Shown here in pieces: positions 39,656 to 52,355 of a stretch of DNA of 64,000 nt (position 1 is the stretch's first letter; each line of letters begins with the position of its first letter). Origin of the DNA: Acanthaster planci (lineage: Eukaryota). The position numbers and the translations under genes are program-made. Location of the stretch: NCBI RefSeq assembly GCF_001949145.1, contig NW_019091355.1:4351374-4415373 (forward strand). The letters run 5' to 3'. The notes below the pieces were generated by a model that saw nothing but the letters and a program-made list of their open reading frames with translations, was not told where the DNA came from and ran no database searches.

Positions 39656-39916
39656 CAGGGTTCTCGCCCCTAAAGGACAATTAAATTCCATGACTTTTCC
39701 ATGAACAAATTATAAAAATCCATGACCCAATCTTTTTGTGGACTATAAATAACTCCATTTTATGTGCTTATTTCTGATAACAGAAATCACACACAGTGTT
39801 TGAAAAATTCCATGACTTTCGTCATTTTTACAAAATTCCAGGACTTTTCCAGGTCTGCAAAACAAAAACAAATTTCCATGACTTGTTCATGACTTTTCCA
39901 AGCTGCGGAAACCCTG
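39656..39916. mobile_element. hAT-like MITE with CAGGGTT termini and TTCCATGACTTTTCCA subrepeats
   Basis: cagggtt ... aaccctg ends; ATCAGA direct repeat on both flanks. Confidence 0.75.
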
Positions 39917-41669
39917 ATCAGAACAGATCTAAGCACAGGTTGTGGAGTTCACACATGTAGTTGTCTACAAGACTGTATTCGGGAGTCCGCCATTTTCAAA
40001 TTGAAAGTGAGGTTAACGTATCATTTTGGGAAACGGACAGAAGAAAATGAAGGCAATACAATGAAATTGTACGACAAATCAGTGCCTGTCTATTGTCTAC
40101 TCTGATGAATGTTCTGTAATTAAATATACATGTACCTTCATGCGATTAGCTGGATTTTGAAAACTATTAAACAGGAGGCTTGGAATACATGCCAATCAGA
40201 AAATAATCTGGCACCATCCCATTCAACAGACTTACTATTTCATACAAAACAGCTTTAGGGAACATATGAGTAAAAATGGCTTCCTTGTTAACAAGGTCTG
40301 TGCTGCCATAATTTGGCCTAATCTGCCTCATTCAGTCCATCCAAAACCCAATTTAACGGCACCACTAAGCAGAAGATTATATGCTAACAGTGGCTCTGCA
40401 TATTTCATGGAGACTGTAAATAGTAGGCCATGCTTACATGTATCTTGGAGTAAAACTAACTTAGTGACATAATAATGGAAATCTCTACGTGCTTGCAACA
40501 ATTAGCACAGCTTCACCAAGCACAGCCATGAAATAGTGCTTATGGTCAGCAAAATTTTATGCTACAGTAAGCAAGACTTCTTTGCTAACTGTTAGGCAGC
40601 TCCATGAAATTGGGTCCTGGTTTCTCTGATTGCTAGCTGGAATGACAGCTGTCATACATGTAACAAGATGGGGCTGGTTTCATAGAGGTGCTACGTACAG
40701 AACTATGCTGAGGGACGAAATTCCTGCTTGGCAAAAAGAGGTTACCAGCCAAAATAGGGTGCTCTTCTATATGTGTTAGCTGGCTCACAGATGATATTTG
40801 CTCAGCAAGTAAATTGTTTAAGCAATATTTTCGGCTCAGCAACTCTGTAAAATTGGCCCCTGGCAGTACAACCTACTGTCATCTTATAAAACTGCAGTGA
40901 AATATGTGGTGCACTCACTGGCTTTGATCCGGGCTGTAAAAACCAAATACATCTTATTGACACACTGTAACATATCACGTTTACACATATTTTACTGTTC
41001 CAACGTCATAAATACATAGATGCATTTACATAGATGTACTACATTTCAAAGTGGCATATTAAATGTGATTACATGAAATGCAATTTTGAATAAAAATTTC
41101 CATGCAGTATACTGTCAACCATGCAATTATAAAGCGATATTTGACATGTATTTCATTACCCCATTACCCACAGTCTTGTTCAAAAAATCTTCACAGTCCA
41201 CTGCACATCAATGCACACATTAAATATGGCACAGCAAGCTGTGAACACGTGACACAAATTTTCATTGTGCTGAAAGGCCCGTCATGTATCATGTTAGCCT
41301 TTGCACATAACAGAACAAAGAGATTTATATGTAAAGTTAGGTGACCCCTAACTTCTGCATAAAATGAACTTATACTATTTGGAATTCTGAAGATCTGAAG
41401 TGTGTGATAAACTAGAGCACTCCGGTCGTGGCACGGACTGGTTTTCAAAATAGAATTTAAGTGGAAGTTTTCCAACATGCAGACTCAACTCTGCAACCTT
41501 GTATTTAAAGCGGTAAACAAATACTGATGTTGATGCGTGTATTGGTGATGCTGGCAGCTTTCATGAAACACGCTGGCCTTTAAACTGACAAGGCAAAAAA
41601 GTTCCATGCTTGCAAAGAGGGCGTTCACAAAACGTTCACAGAGCAAGAGCACAAGATGTTAGAATTTAC

Positions 41670-41825
41670 CTCGCTGTTGGAGCGCATGGCAAAGAGGTTG
41701 GCCATGATGGTGGAGAAGCCCGGGGCCAGACAGGCCTGAGCGATGAAGCCCAGCTTCAGCTCGGCGATGCAGATGACGTCATCACCGTCCCTCCAATTCC
41801 AGCTGGGAATGTTCAGGAGATGGGC
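41670..41825 (-). CDS. KCNMA1: Slo1 exon, RCK1 ([30 protein letters not shown]...[11 protein letters not shown])
   Basis: 156 nt; M513/R514 equivalents present; phase 0 to 0. Confidence 0.97.
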
Positions 41826-42456
41826 CTATTAACCGAGTGGAAATTTAAAAAAAAAATGAAATCGAGGTATAACTTGGCATGTGAGGAAACTGACAAGTTG
41901 CTACAACTGGACCAAGGGGACCAAATTGGGCTCTGTGCCACAGGAGCAAATGCTTGCTCCCTAGACAGGTGGAATTCCTCCCTCCCCCCGGAACAAATTT
42001 ACCCACTTTCGAAGCTCCACATGAAAACATAAATCAAGAGTTATTACCATGAAAGACAGCCTTTGTCCAGTTACAAGTGAGGTGAGTTTAATATAAATTT
42101 TTTCTGGCAACACTAGAAAGCTTTCTCATCTTGTTCCTACAAGTTATGTGCATGCGCATGGCTCCGAGGGGTACAGGAAACAAGGGGTCCTACAGGGACG
42201 ATATACCCAAGGAAAACCTTTGAGGGTGGAATAGATCGAAGGGAAAGCAAAAGATGAACCCCACAGGTTTACGTAAAACTGAACGTGAGGTACAAGCAAG
42301 TAAAAAAATATTAGTCAAGTGTGCGCAAGCGTACAAATAACTGGACCCTTCGGTTGAAACGGCAAAACACTTGATGAATATATGTACAGAGTATGTGTCC
42401 GAGTGACATCTTTTGAGATGGGTGCACTGCTGAGACACTGGCCACGCCCGTCTCAC

Positions 42457-42609
42457 CTTGTTGTGGTAATTCATGAGTTGTACAATCACCCTGCATTTGG
42501 AGTGATAATTCTTGACCGAGATGACGCGCATGATGTTGCCCGCGTCCTCCGCATCGGGGTCCAGGTTGTACTTGTCGCATAACACAAGACACGCATCGGC
42601 CTCTTTTAG
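42457..42609 (-). CDS. KCNMA1: Slo1 exon, RCK1 ([14 protein letters not shown]...[20 protein letters not shown]...YHNK)
   Basis: 153 nt; phase 0 to 0; |gtgaga donor. Confidence 0.96.
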
Positions 42610-43309
42610 CTGCACAACAATGAACAACAATGAACGAGCACATGAAATAAGACAAATAGAATCAGTTTTAAAAACTCACCGGTTATTTTGGACTTTCAGT
42701 TTTTGCAATTGATTCGAAGCAATGGCAAGTACATGACATCCAGGTCAGTGACAGTTCACTCTCCATCTGATCTCACTAAGTCAATAAAAATGCACAGGTG
42801 CTAATCCCCAGTTTGGACCCCCCATGCATGTGTTTTTACTGCATGCATTCTATTAACCAAATCCACACCTGAAAAACCATCTGCTTATTCAAAACCTTCC
42901 TGCTCCTGCGTATTTCAAAAGGCTTTCCATGATAACTGTACATGATTTCCCAATTGGGGACCCTGACCCAATCATGACCCTACTGGCGTCTCATGTTTAG
43001 TATCCACGACTGAACCTGGATACTTCATACTCAGACCCACACAAGCCCCTTTTTTCCCCGTATTCTGGGATGCTTTAGCAGAAAATATGGAAAAACCAAT
43101 TTTTTTTTGGAAACAGTAGCTGTAAACCATGTAGAGAAAAGCCTGACTAGGGTCTACTTGCAAACTTTTCATGAAAATTTAAATCCTTTGTAATTGAACG
43201 GGCAAAGGATGTTATTCCATGACTTATTGTTTACTTTAACGTCAGAATCAATGTACTTTAAGTTACATAAGTAATATGTCTCATATCACCAAGCTTTCTA
43301 AAACTTGCA

Positions 43310-44393
43310 TTAACCCTAACGGTCCCGAATGCTACAAAGTACTACTTAGTAGTAGAATGTGGTACTCAGCCTTGTGGCTTGTAAGAGGACATGACATCAT
43401 TANNNNNNNNNNNNNNNNNNNNNNNNNNNNNNNNNNNNNNNNNNNNNNNNNNNNNNNNNNNNNNNNNNNNNNNNNNNNNNNNNNNNNNNNNNNNNNNNNN
43501 NNNNNNNNNNNNNNNNNNNNNNNNNNNNNNNNNNNNNNNNNNNNNNNNNNNNNNNNNNNNNNNNNNNNNNNNNNNNNNNNNNNNNNNNNNNNNNNNNNNN
43601 NNNNNNNNNNNNNNNNNNNNNNNNNNNNNNNNNNNNNNNNNNNNNNNNNNNNNNNNNNNNNNNNNNNNNNNNNNNNNNNNNNNNNNNNNNNNNNNNNNNN
43701 NNNNNNNNNNNNNNNNNNNNNNNNNNNNNNNNNNNNNNNNNNNNNNNNNNNNNNNNNNNNNNNNNNNNNNNNNNNNNNNNNNNNNNNNNNNNNNNNNNNN
43801 NNNNNNNNNNNNNNNNNNNNNNNNNNNNNNNNNNNNNNNNNNNNNNNNNNNNNNNNNNNNNNNNNNNNNNNNNNNNNNNNNNNNNNNNNNNNNNNNNNNN
43901 NNNNNNNNNNNNNNNNNNNNNNNNNNNNNNNNNNNNNNNNNNNNNNNNNNNNNNNNNNNNNNNNNNNNNNNNNNNNNNNNNNNNNNNNNNNNNNNNNNNN
44001 NNNNNNNNNNNNNNNNNNNNNNNNNNNNNNNNNNNNNNNNNNNNNNNNNNNNNNNNNNNNNNNNNNNNNNNNNNNNNNNNNNNNNNNNNNNNNNNNNNNN
44101 NNNNNNNNNNNNNNNNNNNNNNNNNNNNNNNNNNNNNNNNNNNNNNNNNNNNNNNNNNNNNNNNNNNNNNNNNNNNNNNNNNNNNNNNNNNNNNNNNNNN
44201 NNNNNNNNNNNNNNNNNNNNNNNNNNNNNNNNNNNNNNNNNNNNNNNNNNNNNNNNNNNNNNNNNNNNNNNNNNNNNNNNNNNNNNNNNNNNNNNNNNNN
44301 NNNNNNNNNNNNNNNNNNNNNNNNNNNNNNNNNNNNNNNNNNNNNNNNNNNNNNNNNNNNNNNNNNNNNNNTGTCCGGTACTGTTAGGGTTAA
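43310..44393. mobile_element. piggyBac-type element, interior mostly N gap (43403-44371)
   Basis: TTAA-CCCTAAC ... GTTAGGG-TTAA ends, the same termini as the 51-bp mini elements. Confidence 0.7.
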
Positions 44394-45554
44394 GGTTCTC
44401 TGATCATCTGAGCATCCCAATGAAAAAGTCAATATTGCTCCAGTCAGCTGACCCAAGTGATCAATGCTGACTGGGGGTTTGTGGGGCATCTTACCCACAA
44501 GGCCAGACATCTGGGTCAGCCTGCCGAGTTTACATTTTGCCTGCAAATCATTCGGTAACTTAAAGAAATAATATGTGGGTAATTTCCCATGGTCAAGGTG
44601 ACAACTTCTGTATCCCCTAATTCAACATATCCCAAGGATCTTCTAATTGTAAAATAACACACTTTTTGCCTGGGAAACTATCGAAAATCAATTCCAGAAG
44701 AGTACTGCCTTTTTGGTTGTCTCTGTAACCATGGTGACCCAATTTGTTTTTTTTCCTAGCCACACATTTTTCCTTGACCATTACTTTCAAGAATACTTCC
44801 CACCGGAAGGTCCAGGGGGCCAACAGGGGCAATGCCCCCTCCCCCGACAAGGAACAGAAAGTGTCCCTTCCCTTCCTTCCAAAAGAACTAGAAAGTCCCC
44901 CAAATTTAGCTTCACTCCTCAGAAAGGTCGGTAAAGTTACGTACCATTTGATTCCCCAAACAAGTTTGCTCCTTCCCCAAAAAAGAATTTGGTTCTGGTA
45001 ACAATGGACACCATCACAAATTGTGCCCCAACCTCATGGAATAAACACCTCAGAGGATTTATTTGAATCTCTAGTGTATCTGCAAGACTACATCGGCCGA
45101 GATGATTTTTATTTTGGTGAAGCTATCGGTACCAGCAAAACAATACAGTTACCATCATACAAAGACAAAATCTGTGTATGAGACATGTTATTTCAAAGTG
45201 CATGCTACTTTTTGTTTCCCAATATGTCAAGCTACGAAGCCACTGTTCAGTTATTGGTACTTGAAATAGTGCGCCATTGGTGAATGTCATGCTGCTGTAA
45301 TGCCATACATGTATCTGACATGGTGCCGAGGGGTATGGTGATAAGGCTTACCTGCATGTCATACTATTGCCTACGATAGACAAAACCTGTTTTTTTCTAA
45401 TTTTCAGAAACTGAATATTGAGTCTCCATTTACTCAATCCAAACCCTTGGCATCCCCCTATTTCCCCAAGGATAAGTCAAGCACACGTAACTTGATAAGA
45501 AGGAAAGAACCACCATGCACAATGAGAGGACATTAAGGTTACTGGCTATCTTAC

Positions 45555-45660
45555 CCGGACTTTTTCTAGGTCCACGGAGTTGAGGACGGACCCTTGGAAG
45601 AACTCCAGCTGGGTGAAGTGCCTCTTGAACAATGCCTGCAGTTCCAGATCCGGCTGCGAA
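45555..45660 (-). CDS. KCNMA1: Slo1 exon, RCK1 ([35 protein letters not shown])
   Basis: 106 nt; E399 equivalent present; phase 2 to 0; |gtaaga donor. Confidence 0.96.
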
Positions 45661-46449
45661 CTGCTCCAGAGATGGGGGGAAAAAACGGGAGGAATAACTC
45701 ACAAGCTCTCATGAAACATGACACGGAAACAAGAGGAGTTCTGATGAGAGCCTCCTTGGTGGCTGGCTCAAATGACAACCATTTTCTGCAGGTCCACTGA
45801 TGAGGCTTCTAGTGCCTGCTTCGCAAAGCGTATCAGTAACAAAATTCTGGCCTGAAAAGACTGAGATGCAATGAAATTACATTCAACTCATCTGGACTTA
45901 CGCTTCTCAGGGATACGAGGCCTACTGATTAAATCATGGCCGAATCCTGCGCAATTTATCTTGCAGATAAACGACCCACTCTGTGAAAATGAGACGCAAG
46001 GCCATTTTTCTTCCCCCAGTGTGCATCAGATGATCAAGCGGAGCTTCCTGCATTGATACCTCACTCATTTGGGCAATCTGTTGCGAAGGACACTGCGTGG
46101 CTGACAATGTTAACAGTTCTATCGATTCCCATCATGCAAGATTCTTTGAAAGGCCAGCAACTCAAAGGTGGCCCTGGGGACTTATTATTACTCACTTTCA
46201 CAGAGCAGGGCCACATACATGTAGTTGGATCTAAATGTAATTACACCGTGGTGTTGCTCTAGCGAATTGGACGAGTTAATACTGAGTAACTTGTTCATTT
46301 GTATCAGATGGTACATTGCTAAAAATCCCATTGATTCAATGCAAAAGTTCATAAGCTATTCAAAGAATACGATTGCTATTGACAGAATTCCTAGGAAACA
46401 TCCAGGGAACTTATAGAAAACATAGTGTGATTATGGCGCAATATCTTAC

Positions 46450-46560
46450 TTATCTAGCAGAACAATTTCAACATTGACATCATCTCTGTCTTTGTGCAGG
46501 AAGTCCTTTAAGAAGTTGGCAACACTGTCGTACGTTATATGCCCACACAAGATGATGTGC
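46450..46560 (-). CDS. KCNMA1: Slo1 exon, RCK1 ([36 protein letters not shown])
   Basis: 111 nt; D362/D367/E374 equivalents present; phase 2 to 2. Confidence 0.97.
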
Positions 46561-47358
46561 CTAAAGACAGAAAAAATCACACAATTAAAATCTGGTTTTA
46601 CTGCTTGTTCTTCAGAGAAAACTGTCCTTAAAAACGGGTTCCTCTTCAGGAGAATACAATTGTCGAAACTTTTTTTTTCAAATTTGAAAAATACAGAAAA
46701 AACATGTATATGAACCTCTCCTTGAAGTTGGCAGAACAGATCTCAGAAGATGGCCTACACATTCATCAATTTGACATTGATTTTTCCAGTGATGAGCCCG
46801 TTTGGTATTCCAACAGAGATGTCCAAAATTAGGAGTGGTAATACGCACATGCGAGGTCTACCCTCTCAGCATGGCAATACGCCGACCTGCATGCATGCTC
46901 TGATCTCGCATTACATTGCCTTTCTGAATTGATTCGTTATGAACTCTTTTTTTTTTAAAACCCCTACACATATCACATTCTCCAGAAAGAGTTTCCATAC
47001 CATTCACATATGTGACCTGGTACATCGAAATCAGGAATAAGTCACAAATTGACTTTGGGAGATACACGTATGTGCACGGTCAGAAAAAGAATTTCATAAG
47101 CTTTCAAATGGTGCACATTACAATTTTGTTGATGGTAACCTTTCATACATAAACTTCCAAAATACACAGAAACCGCCACATGGATTTTTTCAACATTTAC
47201 CCCCATCCCCACCTTACTCAGCCATTGTGTAAAACTGCCTCAGCGACTTATTCCTGATTACGATGTACCCCATCACATATAGGCTACCATACTTCAAGGT
47301 GACAAAGCCGGTACATGTCATCTATTTTGATGAGTTTATTAGTGTATACATTATATAT

Positions 47359-47601
47359 AGGCCATTTTCCAATACTCGACTTGGGCTCCGTCTCAGGCTT
47401 CAACTGTTTTTTTACTTCCTGACTTTGAGGTTGTAAGTGCAATAGTAAGTCTGATAGTGCCACAAAACATCAAGTAAGATGCAAAAGAGCCAAACTACAC
47501 AGTATTTCAATTTAACTTGACCGCTTCAGGCTCACAATCGGGGATTGGTTTCCTACAGGAAGTCTGAGACGGAGACGAAGCTGAGTATTAGAAAGCGGCC
47601 T
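47359..47601. mobile_element. MITE with ~40-bp imperfect terminal inverted repeats
   Basis: aggccattttccaatactc...ctccgtctcag / ctgagacggag...gagtattagaaagcggcct. Confidence 0.6.
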
Positions 47602-50600
47602 TAGTACGGTCCCATCTTGGATAAAGCCTCGCAGACACACTGACAATCCACAGAGCCTATCACCATCTTCACGCTTAACTTCTTCATGTTTCACAGCTCA
47701 CTGATCCATACACAATCCTCTCTCGACTACAATGCTTACACACATCGGCCCTGGATTGAGCATTTTCAAAAGGGCACGATGCACACATATAGGGACGGAC
47801 ATAAAAAACAGAACCATTGTTGAGAGCAGAACAAGAAACAGGAGTGAGCACGAGTTTAAAAACAGAATTGGAAAGCAGTAAATTGGCCACTTGAGCAATG
47901 AAAGAGCCACTCCTTGTGAAAAATACAATTCATGCACAACAACACCCACAAAGATACATTGTGTCATGTGAAACTCCATCGATGTTTTGACTATTAAACA
48001 TGACAGGGCATCAATCATTATCTTTTTAATACCAAAGTCCCGAAATATTATCATTGTCCCACATAAATGTATCAATGTAAAATGCATCACCGGCTTCGCA
48101 TGACTCTCTTATGCACAAAACATTCGAACAACCTGTGAATTTTAAGCTTCACAGTGTTTCATCTGAGATTGCCTTTTATTTTCATGTTCAGGGCACCGGT
48201 GATAAGAAGCAGAGGTTTGCAGCTGCAGAACCGCATCTCTCTACTCTGATCATTATTGAGAGATAGCCTGAACGTGCATACGTATTGCTGTAGCACACAG
48301 TGCACCTGTGATACATGTACATATACAGGTATTCAGAAGCTCTTATCAGGGCAAAGTGAAAATTCAATTGACGTAGGCCGAAAAACTGAATTGATTCAAA
48401 TAATTCAGGTGCCTTTTTAAAAACCAACCTAGTAAACACAATTCTGAAATACAAAACTCACAAAAGTTAAGGACCCCTTTTTTCTTAACTTTTTACATTT
48501 TTTCCAAGCAATGAGTGGGATTTAGTTCTTTCAGCTTTTGTTTGTCTAGATTGTGTTCTCATTGGAATAAAATTTTTTTTAAAAACATCAAATGCACATT
48601 TTCAGCAGTAAAATATACAAAACAAAAAGGGGTCCTTTTACTTTTTTTCCGGTGGTGTGGGTTCCCATAAATGTATATGCAGGTATAACTAAATAGCGTT
48701 GTGGTTACCTGTAACTTGAGCTGTGTTATGACCTTTGACCAAATATTATTTCAGGCTTCCTGTTTGTTACATAAGAAATGCTTACCAATCTAAATAACTG
48801 TTCATGCATGCTGTAGAAAAAAATGCTGGTTTGCGACTCATCCAGTAAAACCATTTTTGTTCCTTGTGCTTTTGTTTACAATAAAATTTAGTACCTCACT
48901 TGTGAAGTTGCTACATGTCAGTGGATGGCATGATGTTTCATCCATTTTTTAAAAATTTTGTTTCTGTTAGCAAGCCAAGTTACATGTACAACTAGGATTC
49001 TGAAAGGATAATGTAAATGCGATCGCTGCATGATGAAACCGACAATCATCACAGAGAACACAGAGCAGGAAACCAAGGAAGGAAACTAGCTGCGCTTACA
49101 CGGGGCAGAAGACCCTAGAGAGAGATGCAATCATTACAAGTACATAAGCTATGAGGAGGATCGTGATAATAAAGTAAAAACGTTCGGTGGATGTAAATTT
49201 GTACTGGTTATGAGCTGATCATACTAGGCATCAAACTAATGAGAAACAGACAGCAACAGGTGATAAATGTATGGCTGCCAACACACTGTGCTTACAATAC
49301 AAGCCCACTGTACCGTAATGAGTACTGTACTGTACTTGGCACGAAAGCACGAATACGAAGTTGTGACGTCAGATCGAATATTTGTGCTGCAAATTCGTAG
49401 AAATTGAGTTCATTTCAGCTCAAGCGAATTTCGCTACAATTTTTTCGTGACATCCAAGTTGCTTTGCTTTCACATTCACCAGGAGTATGAACCCATCTAT
49501 CGGGGGGTGTGAGTGGCCACTTGAACTGAAAACTGAAAACAGCTGGCAATAAGCTGAAATGTAAAAAGTTGCCATACTTTTGTACAGACCAGGTGTACAA
49601 AAAAAGCTGAAATTCAGGGTCAACATCTAAACAAAAAAAAAGCTGAAATCGGCTAAAAAGCTGAATTCTCACACCCCTGGTCACACCATCAAGCCATGCA
49701 GAGGGAAGATATCCTTGAAGAGAATTGCCTGTTTCAAATTCTGAATGATAACCAATACCCTACTCTCTTATGTCATACTTCGGCAGAACTGCATAAATGC
49801 AACACCAGCTACTTAAATAGTTACCCTTTGTTCCATTGATGCTACTGATAAACCATTCTGAGAACACCTGCTTCAACAAGATGGGTTTTGATTGTTTTTT
49901 GAGAGGAAGGATGTTTATTTTAGCATGTGCCTCTGGAGCAAAATCCGTTAAAATTACACCAAGGTGTGTTTTATCACCTTCCTTGAGAAGTTATGCTCGA
50001 TTTTGTGATTTTTGCTCAAGGGCCAAACATGATCAGTGCAATGCTCACCTGCTAGTTGTCCACCAGATTTTTTTTCTGTTTTTTTTTTAATGCAAGCAGA
50101 ACATGTTCTCAACTGGGTAGAAAGTTATTCCAAATAATTTTGAATTGCTATTTGATTAAAATTATTTCATATTACATGTATTTTTAGCAGAGCAGCATCC
50201 GTGGCAGCGCCTGTTGGCAGAGTAATCTCTCATTTTAGAAATAAGTGAAGCCCTTGGGGGAAACCCAAGCCAACCAGTATGCTAATGAGAATAGCAATCA
50301 GGCATAATTAATGACTATTCCACTTCAACAAAAGGTGGCCAGCAGAAACATCTGGTCTACCTGTTGCTAAGCAACTATTTGTTTTGTCAGAGGGCTACAT
50401 GTAGTTCTGAAAAGCTGGTGGGGAAAATCATGAACTCTGCCCAGGGGAATATATATTGCGTACAAAGTGGGAGGGTCATATCATATTTATTCTCCGTAGG
50501 AAAACGTAGTTTAAACTTTTAAAGTTCAAGATGGATTGAGCATTTGTGACTAACATAATTATCTAACCTTTATAAAACAATTCTGGAAGGCTCTTTTAAA

Positions 50601-51141
50601 TTTATCATTTGGGAAAACAGTCTAACAATGTTCACTTCTTAGTATTTATGAAAAAAAAAATTACCACAGCATACATGACGGGAGTTTAAGATAAATAAAA
50701 TATGACAAGTATGACTCATCATCAACCTGATGAATAGACATATCCCATGTGGATTTCAGTTTCCTCCAGGTGATGAGCTCAATGAACGGCACATTTTGTG
50801 ATGTTCGCGCCGACAGATCCTTGTCAAAACCCCCTTCCCAATTCATTCTGTGCACGCATTGTAGGTGCATCTTTACGCGTTATAAATGCATTATTTGAAC
50901 TTTAATAACTCACCAACGACTTCATGAATATGCGTGCTCTACAGGGTCTTCATTGCTAATTTTCTCCTGGTGAACAGACAAATCATTATGAAGGACGCAT
51001 CCGGTGATGTTCATGCCATGAGACCACTGTAAAAATCCCCTCCTGCTTTCTTAAAACCGACCAGTCTTGTAATGATCATCAAGTTCATACACCACCTGCC
51101 TGTCTAGATTCACCAATACTCTGTACTGGAATTCTACTTAC

Positions 51142-51233
51142 TTTCGTCCCTTCTCTGACTGGTAGGAACCCTGGTATTTCTTCCTCCTTCCAAAGATCTC
51201 GGCGCACTCGGGGAGGTAGCTGGTATAGATCGC
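51142..51233 (-). CDS. KCNMA1: Slo1 exon, end of S6 and C-linker (AIYTSYLPECAEIFGRRKKYQGSYQSEKGRK)
   Basis: 92 nt; SYxPE and RKKY.GSY motifs; aaatag| acceptor, |gtaagt donor; phase 0 to 2. Confidence 0.93.
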
Positions 51234-51569
51234 CTATTTCGGAAAGGATATTTCACGAGAAAAAGTGGAGGATTACTCGCTATTCTTTGACGAGAAACAC
51301 CCCTGCAGCTGACAAATACAGTTTATCAGAATGCTAAAATTCCATAAGTTCTTCATACTTAGTTTGATTTTTGAGCCATAAGATCTTAATCTTAACCCGG
51401 TACTGCTGAATCGTCCTGACAAAGAGCCCTCCTGCTAACTGTGCCTTTGTAACACCACTAACCAACCTCAATCTTCTCGTGTAGAATTTTTCAGCGGAGT
51501 GAATGACAAGAAGTGAAAGCATGGACTACGTCTGATTGTTGACTACCTGAAAAACTTCAACCGTTCCTA

Positions 51570-51688
51570 GGCCATGTCTGAAACGGGCTTCCAGAGCTAC
51601 GGCTAGGTCTATTGTCTACGCGTCTCCACACATTTCCAATGGAATGAAGACCTAGACCTAGCACTAGACAACCGATTCGGATGCAGCC
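51570..51688. mobile_element. ~120-bp MITE family A, copy 3
   Basis: Closely similar to 35610-35729. Confidence 0.85.
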
Positions 51689-52026
51689 CTACTGACGGTT
51701 AACTGAATCAAACTGTCCTAAGACATACTCTTTTCAATACTCCGGGGAACTCTTTACAATTACAAGAATTTAAGAAGTTTTGTAAAAAGCGTTATGTCCA
51801 CGGTGCTCTGCTTGACACAGAGAGAGCTGGAATTTATATACATGCTAACACTGTCAAGTAAAGTAACTTTACAGAAATCAAGTGAAAGTTTGCTATATTC
51901 TTGTCGATCTTTATTTTGTAAGATGGTAGCGAAGTGCAACTAAGATCTAAGAGAGCAGTTGGAATCCTTCTCATCCTTTCTATTACTTGGTGAAAATCGG
52001 GTTTTGCTTTGGACAGTAAAACCTAC

Positions 52027-52197
52027 CACGCTGCCAAAGATGAAGATCACGATGAAAATCCTGCCCAGAGTGGTCTTTGCAGTCACATCCCCGTAGCCGA
52101 CGGTTGACATGGTCACCACAAGGATATAAACACAGGTCCAGTAATCGATGTTTTCGGGATTGCTGAAGCCATTCCAGAAATCACCAGAGTTCTCAAC
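52027..52197 (-). CDS. KCNMA1: Slo1 exon, turret, pore and start of S6 (VENSGDFW...TMSTVGYGDVTAKTTLGRIFIVIFIFGSV)
   Basis: 171 nt; K+ filter TVGYGD; acccag| acceptor, |gtaggt donor; phase 0 to 0. Confidence 0.97.
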
Positions 52198-52355
52198 CTG
52201 GGTTTGAAATGGTGCAGGGTAAATGAGCAGAGTAAACCACTGAAATAGCAAAATAACACCAATTCCCCATTCATGAAGTGGTCACAACACTCTTGGCTTT
52301 GTTCGCATTGCAACTGTAAGCAGATAAATATCAGCGTTACGTAAAAATGTGATGT

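Noticed and set aside
45352..45370. 19-nt segment between ag and gtaagc
   Set aside because: Frameshifting with an in-frame stop and an ordinary acceptor; likely a pseudo-exon
46561..52026. A duplicated, mutually exclusive alternative of the 92-nt S6/C-linker exon, as known in insects and vertebrates
   Set aside because: I found no second exon with SYxPE/RKKY similarity by eye; a tBLASTn would be needed to exclude it fully
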